Origin: a virus
Lineage: Duplodnaviria; Caudoviricetes
Strand: one strand, 5' to 3'
Virus record (IMG/VR): IMGVR_UViG_3300022555_000043
Location: 11,398 to 75,397 of that record
DNA: 64,000 nt
The first letter of the stretch is position 1, and each line of letters begins with the position of its first letter. The notes under the pieces are model-generated. The model did not search any database. It was not told the DNA's origin and saw only the letters and a program-made list of their open reading frames with translations. Both the position numbers and the translations under genes were made by a program. Of this stretch, positions 9,130-18,702 are shown in pieces.

Positions 9130-9594
9130 ATGAAAGAATGCAGCGAAGTTATTTGTGATCCAGACGACCCTCGTATAAAAGATTTGCTGGGGAAGTACGT
9201 TTGGGCACATAATTCTATAAAATTATTGGGTAGAGTGGACATACCTCGAAAGTTGGTGAATGTACGTTACAATACCCAGTATGCTTTTGAAATGGAAGAT
9301 GGGTTACGGTTTCAATTCATCAAACGGTGTCCTATAACTATGGCAGATATTGATGTATTACGAACACAGATAGCCGTTGATGCTTGGGAAGATTTTTTCA
9401 ATGGTTTTAAGAATCCCGACACGCAAAGATTTATACGTGAACTGGTCAATAAGCAGCGAAAATATGGATTTGTGAATATGCCAGAACAAGTACGGAATGA
9501 TGTCCTGCAGAACACTTTGGAAATGTTGCGGGGTCTGCCTGAAGGTAGGCAAATGCTGGAAAGTTTTGAAGAGATATATAAGGATGGTGTATGA
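9130..9594 (+). CDS. hypothetical phage protein
   Basis: 154-aa ORF. Confidence 0.65.
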   Translation: MKECSEVICDPDDPRIKDLLGKYVWAHNSIKLLGRVDIPRKLVNVRYNTQYAFEMEDGLRFQFIKRCPITMADIDVLRTQIAVDAWEDFFNGFKNPDTQRFIRELVNKQRKYGFVNMPEQVRNDVLQNTLEMLRGLPEGRQMLESFEEIYKDGV

Positions 9595-9848
9595 AAATAA
9601 TAGGTAAGTTTGGCATGCCAATAAATGATTTTGTTGATGTTGGAATGCCGGAAAATGCCAAGATTCTTACGGTGCAGTTACAGGATGGGGAACCAAAAAT
9701 TTGGGCAGTCATCGATACGAGTTTGCCGTTGGAAGCAAGACATTTTCGCTGGTTTGGTACAGGGCATCGGTTTTTGGATAATGAATACAAGCAGTATGTG
9801 GGCACTGTACAAATGGGCTGTCTCGTGTTCCATTTGTTCGAAGTATAA
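9591..9848 (+). CDS. hypothetical phage protein
   Basis: 85-aa ORF with ATGA coupling. Confidence 0.7.
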   Translation: MKIIGKFGMPINDFVDVGMPENAKILTVQLQDGEPKIWAVIDTSLPLEARHFRWFGTGHRFLDNEYKQYVGTVQMGCLVFHLFEV

Positions 9849-9864
9849 GAGATAAGGAGTTCCT

Positions 9865-12444
9865 GTGGGCTTTTATCCGGCAGAAGAAAATAAGAAAGCC
9901 CCTAAAGAAAAGCCCGCAGCCAAGACCCCCTGTGAATTGTGTGGTCGTTGCAATGCCGTAGGAGCGACCAAAACGCGCTTCGTGGGTGAGGGCAAGAAAG
10001 GCATTCTCATTGTAGGTTCTTATCTTACGATGGAAGAAAGCACTACTGACATGCTTGGCAAGAATGAAGGGATGAAACACCTTCGGTATGCCCTGTCAGG
10101 TATTGGCATAGACCTTTTCGAAGACTGCTACTATACCACTGCTGTGAATTGCGCCGGGAAAACACCCACCAGCAAGGAAGCCGGATACTGTGTCCCGAGA
10201 CTTCTTTCGGTTATCAAGAATCTAAAGCCGAAGTCGATTATTCTTCTAGGGGAAACACCCTTTCATTCCCTCATCTACCCCAAGATATCGGGAAGATTGA
10301 CCGGGACACCGTGGACAGACTTTGTGGGGTTCACCGTACCGGATCAGGAATACAAGACTTTCATTACCACTGTCTGGCACCCCGATTATCTGCTGGAAAC
10401 CAAGAAGTACAGTGACAATTATGTAAGCCCTCCTCTCTACAAACGTGATCCCTCTGTCATGAAAATGTGGCAGAATCACCTTAGAACGGCTTGCAATCCC
10501 CAAGCATTCTATGAAGCTTCTTATGATGATCATTGCATCGAATTGCATTCGGAAAAGGAAGCAATTGAGATACTGGATAAAGCGTGTTCATGGGATAAAG
10601 CAGCATTTGATTATGAAACCACTGGAATAAAACCTCAACGAAAAGGGCACACTATCACCGACATGTCCCTCAGTGATGGGATGTTTTCCTATAGCTTTCC
10701 GTTCTTCAAATCGGAAGCATTCACGGCTGCTGTCAAGCGGTTCTTGCTGAGTAACTGTAGGAAAATAAGCCATAACCTACAATTCGAAGCAATATGGACA
10801 CGGGTGCTTCTAGGCTATTGGCCTAAGAATTGGTTTTGGGATACTATGCTCGGGCAGCACTGCCTACATAATCAAGCTGGTGTCGGCTTGAAGTTGCTGA
10901 CGTATTTGACTTTCGGTATCATTGGATACGACGATTACATTGACCCGTATATTAAATCATCCGAAGCAGAAGAATTAAAATACGGAAACAATGCTTTTAA
11001 TGATATGCTCAATCCAGACATAGACGAAACCAAACGTCTCCATTATAATGCCTTGGACTCCTTATTCACCTTCAAGCTCTATGAACATCAGGAAGGGCTA
11101 CTCGACGACTTCATGATGCGGGGGTTCAAGTTCTTCGTAAAGACAGCCCAGACACTAGCTAAGACCAGTTTTAATGGCGTTTCTGTCAATATGGCGCAAT
11201 TAGAAAAGCAAAAAGCTGAGTTAAAGCTGCAAGTAGACAGTCTTGCTGCGACAATTATGCAATCAGAAGATGTGAAGAAATGGGATGGAGAAGAAGCATT
11301 CAACCCGGATGCACCACAGCAATTAGCCCACCTTCTGTTCGATATCATGAAGATCAAACCGAAAGCCTATACAGAAGGTGCCGATCCTATACCCTCTGTC
11401 GATAAAAACAATCTGCCCAAGTACAAAATTCCATTGATTGACGCAATCATAGAGTACCGGGAAGTCGCAAAAGTTTACAGCACCTATATTCTGCAGTACG
11501 AGCGCGAAGTGGTAGATGGAAAGGTTTATCCATGGTTCTATCTGCATCGTGTCAAGACCCATAGAACGGGTGCAGGCAACCCCAACATTCAGAACACGCC
11601 CAAAAGAGATGAGGATACCAAGCAGATAGTGCGGTCATTCATTACTGCGTCCTTGGGGAGAAAGCTAAAGGAGTATGACTTCTCAGGGCTGGAAGTAGTC
11701 ATAGCTGCCTGTCACCACCACGATCCGAACATGATCAGCTACATCATGGATGAAAGCAAAGATTTTCATTCTGAAGTTGCTATGGATATGTTTATACTGA
11801 AACCAGAGCAAATGACAAAAAAGATTCGTAGGGCTATCAAGGGTGACGGAACCTTTGCCATGCAATATGGATCATATTACGTAGTTATGTCGGTAAATCT
11901 GTGGGAAGACGCCAAAGAATTGGGTTTAATGGGGCATTTCAAATCCGTAGGGTTGGACAACTACAAGAAATTTGAAAAGCATGTCCAGCAAGTAGAGATT
12001 GATTTCTGGGAGAAGCGGTTTCTCAAGTATGCAGAATGGCGCAAGTGGGTTTTCAACACATATAAGCAACGGGGATTTATTGAACAGTTCTCAGGATTCC
12101 GTTGTTACGGGCCAATGTCACGCAACAACACATTCAACTCACCCCCCCAAGGGGATGCGGCGCATGTGCTGCTACTGCTGCAGAATTATCTGCAGGATCA
12201 AATCGAAGCAAGGGGGTGGCACACTTCTATAATTGCGGAAATCCATGATAGTTTGCTATTAGATTTGGTTCCTGAAGAGGAAGAAAAGATCGACTACTTA
12301 GTCTGGGATTTCATTACCCACCGGATTCCGAAGATTTGGCCTTGGGTAGATGTTCCCTTGACAATGAAATGTGAAAGTAGTAGTATAGATGGTACGTGGG
12401 CTGATATGGGCGATGAAGTAAAACTTTCATTCACGGAGGAATAA
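9865..12444 (+). CDS. polA: family A DNA polymerase with N-terminal uracil-DNA-glycosylase-like domain and 3'-5' exonuclease
   Basis: Exonuclease motifs FDYETTG, HNLQFE, YNALDS; polymerase motifs DFSGLE, R..IKGDGTFAMQYG, IHDSLL; N-terminal Cys cluster with TTAVNC, IILLGE and WHPDY. Confidence 0.92.
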   Translation: MGFYPAEENKKAPKEKPAAKTPCELCGRCNAVGATKTRFVGEGKKGILIVGSYLTMEESTTDMLGKNEGMKHLRYALSGIGIDLFEDCYYTTAVNCAGKTPTSKEAGYCVPRLLSVIKNLKPKSIILLGETPFHSLIYPKISGRLTGTPWTDFVGFTVPDQEYKTFITTVWHPDYLLETKKYSDNYVSPPLYKRDPSVMKMWQNHLRTACNPQAFYEASYDDHCIELHSEKEAIEILDKACSWDKAAFDYETTGIKPQRKGHTITDMSLSDGMFSYSFPFFKSEAFTAAVKRFLLSNCRKISHNLQFEAIWTRVLLGYWPKNWFWDTMLGQHCLHNQAGVGLKLLTYLTFGIIGYDDYIDPYIKSSEAEELKYGNNAFNDMLNPDIDETKRLHYNALDSLFTFKLYEHQEGLLDDFMMRGFKFFVKTAQTLAKTSFNGVSVNMAQLEKQKAELKLQVDSLAATIMQSEDVKKWDGEEAFNPDAPQQLAHLLFDIMKIKPKAYTEGADPIPSVDKNNLPKYKIPLIDAIIEYREVAKVYSTYILQYEREVVDGKVYPWFYLHRVKTHRTGAGNPNIQNTPKRDEDTKQIVRSFITASLGRKLKEYDFSGLEVVIAACHHHDPNMISYIMDESKDFHSEVAMDMFILKPEQMTKKIRRAIKGDGTFAMQYGSYYVVMSVNLWEDAKELGLMGHFKSVGLDNYKKFEKHVQQVEIDFWEKRFLKYAEWRKWVFNTYKQRGFIEQFSGFRCYGPMSRNNTFNSPPQGDAAHVLLLLQNYLQDQIEARGWHTSIIAEIHDSLLLDLVPEEEEKIDYLVWDFITHRIPKIWPWVDVPLTMKCESSSIDGTWADMGDEVKLSFTEE

Positions 12445-13362
12445 ATGATCATAGGAATTTGTGGCCCGATGAGACATGGTAAGGATACAATAGGTAATTT
12501 CATTCAAGATATTGCGAACACTGAACATTTAGGAATTGTGGTCAGACATTCATTTGCGGCTCCCATGAAACGCGCAGTAGAGGCTATGTTCGGATGGACT
12601 CCAATGCATCTTGAATTGAATAAGGACAAGGTTGATCCCTTGTATGGGATCACTCCACGATTGGTGTTACAATTGATCGGCACAGAATTTGCCCAGATCA
12701 TGTTGCCCGAGAAGTGCCCTGAATTTGCTGAGAAAACGGGACGCGCTCTATGGGTAAAAAGAACTCTTGCCGATTGCCCGCATGATGCTATCAACGTCAT
12801 TACCGATGTACGATTCCTTCATGAAGCGAAGATGTTACGAGAAAGCGGACAGCCCTGTTCGATTGTTCGGGTGGTTCGTGATACTGCCCCGGTCAATATG
12901 ACCCATGCTTCCGAAGCAGAAATCATGAGCATTCCTGTAGATTATTCCATTTGCAATGATGGAACGCTGTATGATCTGAAGAAACAAGTCTATGAGTATT
13001 TAAAAACACTGCCATTCTATGTCTTGAAAGAAAAGAAAATGTATATCTCCGGGCCAATGACGGGATACCCTAATTGGAACAAAGATGCTTTCGTGAAAGC
13101 CAAGGATGATGTCAAGAAGATGGGATTCAAACCCTATACCCCATGCGACATCACCGATCTTCCCCCGGATGGTACGGAGATAACCGCAGAAGCCTATCGT
13201 GGCTACCTCACTGACGACATCAATGTTCTGTTGAAAATGGATGCCATCTATATGCTTCGTGGTTGGGAAGGAAGTCGAGGCGCTCTTTTGGAAAAACATG
13301 TTGCCGAAGCACTAGGAATGTCAGTATACTATGAAAACAAGGAGTACCCCAATGGCTGGTGA
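12445..13362 (+). CDS. dNMP kinase fused to a DUF4406 / nucleoside deoxyribosyltransferase-like domain
   Basis: N-terminal GICGPMRHGKDT and ITDVRF (T4 gp1-like); C-terminal YISGPMTG...DAIYMLRGWEGSRGALLE. Confidence 0.85.
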   Translation: MIIGICGPMRHGKDTIGNFIQDIANTEHLGIVVRHSFAAPMKRAVEAMFGWTPMHLELNKDKVDPLYGITPRLVLQLIGTEFAQIMLPEKCPEFAEKTGRALWVKRTLADCPHDAINVITDVRFLHEAKMLRESGQPCSIVRVVRDTAPVNMTHASEAEIMSIPVDYSICNDGTLYDLKKQVYEYLKTLPFYVLKEKKMYISGPMTGYPNWNKDAFVKAKDDVKKMGFKPYTPCDITDLPPDGTEITAEAYRGYLTDDINVLLKMDAIYMLRGWEGSRGALLEKHVAEALGMSVYYENKEYPNGW

Positions 13363-13663
13363 ACCTGAGAACAAAGACTTCCATTTCATTCAGGAATTTG
13401 ACAAGGCAATGCAGGCTACAAACCACGATCTGTCCATAGAAATGCGGAGAAGCAATATGCTTACCGCAATGGCAGCGATGCGAAAACTTGTGATGGATAT
13501 GTTCGATACCAATGCATATCTTTCGAAGGAAGAAAGCCTTGCGTATGCACAGGATTGCGTGGCTAACAATTCGAAGGTACGATACGACAATCTTGTGCGT
13601 GTCTGGTATACCTTCTGGGAAATTTCCCAACTGCCTGCGCCCTTGGGCGGGAAGAAACGGTAG
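13352..13663 (+). CDS. hypothetical phage protein
   Basis: ORF with GGAG RBS before ATG 13352. Confidence 0.65.
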   Translation: MAGEPENKDFHFIQEFDKAMQATNHDLSIEMRRSNMLTAMAAMRKLVMDMFDTNAYLSKEESLAYAQDCVANNSKVRYDNLVRVWYTFWEISQLPAPLGGKKR

Positions 13664-13669
13664 GATGGT

Positions 13670-13960
13670 ATGGATATACCATATTGCTTCGAAGGACTGG
13701 CAAAACCTACCTGCACCAAATGCAATCGTAGCCATGAGATTACTTTCAGTGGTGATGAGGGGACTACGCCGGAAGCGGCAATAGTGGAATCCTTGACACT
13801 GGATGGGTGGGATGCTAAAAGACTTATTTGCCCAGAATGCTACGATCCCAATGATGACCCTATTGACGAAGATGAAGATTCAAGCGATAATGAGTTCGAT
13901 GACGATTTTGACGATATAGGTGATCTTGAGACACAAGACGCCGAAGGAGTGGACGAATGA
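13670..13960 (+). CDS. Zn-ribbon protein with very acidic C-terminus
   Basis: CTKC...CPEC followed by a D/E-rich tail. Confidence 0.7.
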   Translation: MDIPYCFEGLAKPTCTKCNRSHEITFSGDEGTTPEAAIVESLTLDGWDAKRLICPECYDPNDDPIDEDEDSSDNEFDDDFDDIGDLETQDAEGVDE

Positions 13961-14265
13961 AGCGGATTAGGATCGAAGAAGATGCTCTGGTCGAGGAACT
14001 GAGGAAGCTGGATGCGGAAAACGCCGCTATCCATTCCCTTCTGGCGGAAATCGGACAGAGGCGCAACAATGTCTGGGGCAGACTGCAGGAACTGTACAAG
14101 TTCGACATCCATCAGCCCGCTGGTGTGGACATTTCCACAGGCGAACTGGTACTGCCGGAAGCCAAGCCCGATGAGCCTGTAGCTCCGGTAGATGCAGACC
14201 CCGCTACGGTGGTTGTTCCGCCCCCCGAAGATGAAGCCGTTCCTGTCGAGGAAGAGGCAGAGTAA
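13957..14265 (+). CDS. hypothetical acidic protein
   Basis: 102-aa ORF with ATGA coupling. Confidence 0.65.
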   Translation: MKRIRIEEDALVEELRKLDAENAAIHSLLAEIGQRRNNVWGRLQELYKFDIHQPAGVDISTGELVLPEAKPDEPVAPVDADPATVVVPPPEDEAVPVEEEAE

Positions 14266-14765
14266 TGAGAACTTTTGGGACTGATTTTCGGCAAGACTGT
14301 AAGATTGACAAGTTCAGTCTGGATGATGAAAACGCTGTCCAAGCAGAAATGTACGCTTACTGGACATCGGAACTGCCTGCTTTGCGCAGAGCCAAAGATC
14401 AGGCAGCGGACAGGTTGCGGCAAATCATGTCCCAAAGGATTCTTTTCTACAAGCGCAACCCCCCGGAAGATTTGGTGGGCAAGACCACCGACAAGTTGCT
14501 GACCGATCTTGTCAACATGGATACGGAAGTTTTGAACGCTACGGAAATACTCAGGCAGGCAGAATTCACCCTGAACACCTGCTATAATGCGATGAATACG
14601 TTGGATCAGCGGAAAGACAGCTTGGCTAATCTGACGAAATTGCATGTCAATCAGTATTACAACAACCGTAGCAATATCACCGAAGGTCAGAGAGAGGAAT
14701 TCGGTGAACAAATGACTGGACGGATAGCTGAGAATCTTAAAGGTTCTCAAGCCCAAGGAGTATGA
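14265..14765 (+). CDS. UvsY-like recombination mediator
   Basis: Helical 166-aa protein (KIDKFSLDDE...YAYW) directly upstream of the gp32-like SSB and RecA. Confidence 0.55.
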   Translation: MRTFGTDFRQDCKIDKFSLDDENAVQAEMYAYWTSELPALRRAKDQAADRLRQIMSQRILFYKRNPPEDLVGKTTDKLLTDLVNMDTEVLNATEILRQAEFTLNTCYNAMNTLDQRKDSLANLTKLHVNQYYNNRSNITEGQREEFGEQMTGRIAENLKGSQAQGV

Positions 14766-15745
14766 GGATGCCTAGCAAGTATGATTTTGGTGCGGATTAT
14801 GATGATTCGTACAATACGAGAAACACGGTTTCCAAGGGAGTCTTGAACTTCAACAAGAGCAAGAGTGGTTCCAAGGTCGTATTCTTTACCGTGAAGGACG
14901 GGGATTTCCCCTCGTTGGATATCATTCCGTTCGTGATCAAGTCCGCGAACCATCCCAAGGTCGCTCAGGGAAAGAAGCGGATTGGCGGCGTGGACTACCA
15001 TCTCGATGTGTGGGTTCACAGGAATGTCGGCCCCGGGGAACTTACCGTTGTCTGTCTCAAGAACAACTACGGAAAGGCTTGCCCCCTGTGCGAAGCTGCC
15101 GAGCATTACAAGGAAGGAGGTGACAAGCAGGCTTTCGACAACACGAAGGCCAAGCGTATCTGCTACTACAATGTCATCGACCATGACCATCCCGAGAAGG
15201 GTTTGCAGGTCTTCCAGTACAGCCACTACCTCTTCGAAGCCAAGTTGATCGATCAGGCATACAATGGCAACAAAGACGGCTCCCGCACGGACTTTGCTGA
15301 TCCCACCAATGGGTGGACTGTTGAATTCCGTGGCAAGAAACAGCTGTTGGGAACCAATTCCTGCACTGCCTGCGAATCTCTGGTGTTCAAGAAGCGAATG
15401 GAAAACCTCGAAAAGTACGTGGCACAGGCAGTGTCCTTCGACGAGGTACTGCAGGTTTACACCTACGAGGAACTGGAAACCATCATGGCTGGTGGTATGA
15501 TAGGAACGGTAGAGGATACTGGCGAACCGGGAGATGAAGAAAATACCGAATACGTCAGGGCAGACGCAACCGAGCCTCGCACCGCCCCCCAACCCGACGT
15601 AGATTCCGTACAGGCCACACAGGTTCCCCCGAAGGCCGACAATCCCTGTCCCAAGGGTCACGATTTCGGTATCGACAATGACAAGTTCCCAAAAGATTGC
15701 GATGGGTGCCCGAACTGGAAACCCTGCGCAAAAGCCTCTCCGTGA
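14762..15745 (+). CDS. T4 gp32-like single-stranded DNA-binding protein
   Basis: HRNVG...CLKNNYGKACPLCE Zn site, KRICYYNV, acidic linker, Cys-rich C-terminus. Confidence 0.8.
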   Translation: MRMPSKYDFGADYDDSYNTRNTVSKGVLNFNKSKSGSKVVFFTVKDGDFPSLDIIPFVIKSANHPKVAQGKKRIGGVDYHLDVWVHRNVGPGELTVVCLKNNYGKACPLCEAAEHYKEGGDKQAFDNTKAKRICYYNVIDHDHPEKGLQVFQYSHYLFEAKLIDQAYNGNKDGSRTDFADPTNGWTVEFRGKKQLLGTNSCTACESLVFKKRMENLEKYVAQAVSFDEVLQVYTYEELETIMAGGMIGTVEDTGEPGDEENTEYVRADATEPRTAPQPDVDSVQATQVPPKADNPCPKGHDFGIDNDKFPKDCDGCPNWKPCAKASP

Positions 15746-15751
15746 GGAAGG

Positions 15752-15778
15752 AAAGGGGGGCTATAAAGCCCCCCCTTT
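15752..15778 (+). terminator. GC-rich hairpin after the SSB gene
   Basis: AAAGGGGGGCT-ATAA-AGCCCCCCCTTT. Confidence 0.6.
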
Positions 15779-15784
15779 ATCATT

Positions 15785-16891
15785 ATGAATACCAAACAAC
15801 TACGGAACATAGAGGAGTCATTGATGGCACCAACTGAAGAGGCTAAGAAGCCTTTGTTCTTTACGACAGGTAGCACCTTGCTTGATCTTGTTGTAGGTGG
15901 TGGCGAGAAACTGAATCCTATGCAATTCGGTATGGGTTATCGTGCCGGGGACATTGTACGGGATTGGGGCAATACCTCGTCATCCAAATCATTCAAACTG
16001 TGCGAGGCTATATCGGCCAACCACTACCGCTTCAAGGACAAGTTCAAGTGGGTCTATGACGATCCTGAAGCCGGAAATAAGTTCGATTCCATGAAGCTTT
16101 ATGGATTCGATATCATCCCCAAAGACCCCGCCAAGGTTGTCCGTTCTAGGACGGTTGAAGAGTGGTATAACAACCTGAGAGATTTCTGCAACAGTCTTAA
16201 AGATGATGAGTGCGGAATTTACGGGTTGGATTCACTGGACAGCCTTAGCTCCGACGAAATGGAAGAGCGCAAGGATGAACGCTATGCCATGCACTTGAAA
16301 GGCAAGGAATTCGACGCAGGCTCCTACGGAATGGCTTCCGCCAAGTTCCTGTCCCAAGAATTCTTCCGTGGGTTATCTATTGATCTGGCAAAGAAAAATG
16401 TGTTGCTCTATGTCATCTCTCAGGAGCGCGACAACGTAAATGCTTTTGGTTTCGCCAAGAAGAACAAGTTAGGTGGTGGCCGCGCAGCAACTTTTTACGA
16501 GACTGTGCGGGTTTACAGTCAGTTGAAGCAGAGAATAGAGGTCAAGGATCGCGCAATCGGTGTCGTGATCAAGGTTGTCGCAGAAAAGACCCGTCACCCT
16601 CGTCCCTTCAGGGAATGCCTGATCCCCATCTTCTTCGAATACGGAGTTGATGACATAGGCCAGAACATTGACTTCCTATACAATCTCCGCACCCCCGAAG
16701 GAGAAATGAAGGACAAGAAAGCAGGAAAGCTACAGTGGGATAACGAGGAGCCAATGGTCAGGGATGTGTTGGTCACATACATTGAACAGAAGAGGCTCAA
16801 GGAAGAACTGCGGAATCGTGCAATCGAAAAGTGGGAGGCTATAGAGGCGGAAATCGCAGTCCAACGCCCTTTCAAGTATGAGGATGCATGA
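15785..16891 (+). CDS. RecA/UvsX-like recombinase
   Basis: TTGSTLLDLVVGG, GNTSSSKS, GLDSLDSL, SQERD and GGRAATFY motifs. Confidence 0.88.
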   Translation: MNTKQLRNIEESLMAPTEEAKKPLFFTTGSTLLDLVVGGGEKLNPMQFGMGYRAGDIVRDWGNTSSSKSFKLCEAISANHYRFKDKFKWVYDDPEAGNKFDSMKLYGFDIIPKDPAKVVRSRTVEEWYNNLRDFCNSLKDDECGIYGLDSLDSLSSDEMEERKDERYAMHLKGKEFDAGSYGMASAKFLSQEFFRGLSIDLAKKNVLLYVISQERDNVNAFGFAKKNKLGGGRAATFYETVRVYSQLKQRIEVKDRAIGVVIKVVAEKTRHPRPFRECLIPIFFEYGVDDIGQNIDFLYNLRTPEGEMKDKKAGKLQWDNEEPMVRDVLVTYIEQKRLKEELRNRAIEKWEAIEAEIAVQRPFKYEDA

Positions 16892-17295
16892 TGCGTGTGG
16901 CAAAAGTGCATGCTCCTCCCCCGGCCCCGTACACCATAAAGGAGTACGAGGCCAGCCCGTACTGGAAGAAGAAGTCGGCTACCTTACTGGATGATAAAGC
17001 CTGTACCTGTGAAATGTGTCATAGGAAACGATGGAAACATTTGCCGAGAAAAAATGCATGGAAGAAATTGCGATTCTCGGTTCACCATACGACCTACGAC
17101 AACATCCCCAACGAACAACCGGGGGATTTGCAGGTGCTGTGTTATGTCTGTCATCATTATAGTCATGTACTATTACAGCTACGGAATATATCCGAGATGT
17201 TCGAAAAGATAGCAAAGATCGTGGAGCAGTATTTCAGGTATGATAAGGACAGTTTCAAACGGCATAATGAAGATGCCAAAAGGAGGCCGAAATGA
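16888..17295 (+). CDS. HNH endonuclease
   Basis: CEMC...VHHTTY...LCYVCHHYSH. Confidence 0.75.
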   Translation: MMRVAKVHAPPPAPYTIKEYEASPYWKKKSATLLDDKACTCEMCHRKRWKHLPRKNAWKKLRFSVHHTTYDNIPNEQPGDLQVLCYVCHHYSHVLLQLRNISEMFEKIAKIVEQYFRYDKDSFKRHNEDAKRRPK

Positions 17296-17480
17296 TGTTC
17301 ACCTTATTCGGGTTTTCAGTATCTCAAGATTGGCGAACCATTGGATTGGATTTCTGTACTATATGTGGTGGAAATTTCTACGGTGGCTTGCTGTATTTTT
17401 CGAAATCAGAGTATGAACTGAACTGGGATTTCCTGTTCTTCCATTCCCTGTATAAACTTGTCAAGGCAAATCAGAGCTAA
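17292..17480 (+). CDS. hypothetical protein
   Basis: 62-aa ORF with ATGA coupling. Confidence 0.55.
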   Translation: MMFTLFGFSVSQDWRTIGLDFCTICGGNFYGGLLYFSKSEYELNWDFLFFHSLYKLVKANQS

Positions 17481-17490
17481 GGAGTGATGC

Positions 17491-18702
17491 ATGAGAGTCC
17501 CCGTAACCGGAAAAGTCTTTACCGAAGAAGACAAGCAAGCCCTCATCGACTGTATCAATAGTGGCGAGGAAATAACCTATGGTTCATATAATGTCAAGTT
17601 TGAAAAGATGCTGGCAAAGTATACCGGGGTTTCTCATGCATTCTTTGTGAACTCTGGATCAAGCGCAAATCTATTGGCTTTCGCGGCTTTCACATCCCCC
17701 GACATGTACGAGAAATGGCGAGTCCAGCCGGGGGATGAAATCATTACTTTGGCTGCCGGATTCCCTACAACTGTGGCCCCCATTGTCCAGTACGGGTGTG
17801 TCCCCGTATTCGTGGATATTGATCGGGACACGTACAACATAGACATTTCATATTTGGAAGAAGCCAGATCATCCAGAACTAGGGGTGTGTTCATTGCGCA
17901 CACTCTTGGGAACCCCTTTGCCGTAAAGACAGTAAAGGATTTTTGCACTCGTCACAACTTGTTTTTGATCGAAGATGCTTGTGACGCTCTTGGTAGCGAG
18001 TATGATCATCAGAAGTGTGGCTCCTTCGGAGATGTATCTACCTATTCCTTCTATCCCGCACACCACATCACAACGGGGCAAGGCGGGGCTGTACTGACTT
18101 CTGACCCACTGATTGCCAAGATTATCCGTTCCATGCGCGGGTGGGGCAAGGAATGCGTGTGCCCACCTAATCAGGATGATGTTTGTGGGCGTCGTTTTAC
18201 ACAGCAACACGGAAAGTTGCCTTTCGGGTATGACCACAAGTATGTATTCTCTAACTTTGGCTACAACCTTCAGGGTACAAATCTGCTGGCTGCTCTGGGA
18301 TGTTCCCAAATGAAGCACATCGAGGAATTCAGTAAGCGCAGGAGAGATAACTTTGAAGTGTTGAAATATGCTCTTCGGAATACCCGGGTCGGTATGATGG
18401 AAGCGTATGCCTCTTCCTATCCTGCGTGGTTTGGCTTCCCAATCCTATTGCCAAATTATCTAATCAGGCGTGACATAGTAAATCAACTATCTGAACGGGG
18501 AATTGAAACTCGCACATTGTTTGCTGGGAATATAATAAAACAACCTTGCTTTACTAAGAATAGTACAGTGAAATACAGACAGGTGGGGGATTTGTACAAC
18601 ACGGATTTGGTCATGGATCAAATGTTCTGGACGGGGGTGTGGCATGGACTCAGCCCCGAACAAATAGATTATCTTGCGAAGTCTTTGGTGGAGGTGCTAT
18701 GA
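17491..18702 (+). CDS. rfbH: CDP-4-keto-6-deoxyglucose 3-dehydrase (RfbH/DdhC, E1)
   Basis: DegT fold (VNSGSSANL, IEDACDALGS) with His replacing the PLP Lys (SFYPAHHITTGQGG), and the CVCPPNQDDVCG Fe-S motif. Confidence 0.9.
   Translation: MRVPVTGKVFTEEDKQALIDCINSGEEITYGSYNVKFEKMLAKYTGVSHAFFVNSGSSANLLAFAAFTSPDMYEKWRVQPGDEIITLAAGFPTTVAPIVQYGCVPVFVDIDRDTYNIDISYLEEARSSRTRGVFIAHTLGNPFAVKTVKDFCTRHNLFLIEDACDALGSEYDHQKCGSFGDVSTYSFYPAHHITTGQGGAVLTSDPLIAKIIRSMRGWGKECVCPPNQDDVCGRRFTQQHGKLPFGYDHKYVFSNFGYNLQGTNLLAALGCSQMKHIEEFSKRRRDNFEVLKYALRNTRVGMMEAYASSYPAWFGFPILLPNYLIRRDIVNQLSERGIETRTLFAGNIIKQPCFTKNSTVKYRQVGDLYNTDLVMDQMFWTGVWHGLSPEQIDYLAKSLVEVL

Noticed and set aside
9865-12444. Intron or intein in the polymerase, helicases or terminase
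   Set aside because: The ORFs are continuous and of ordinary length, with no intein splice motifs.
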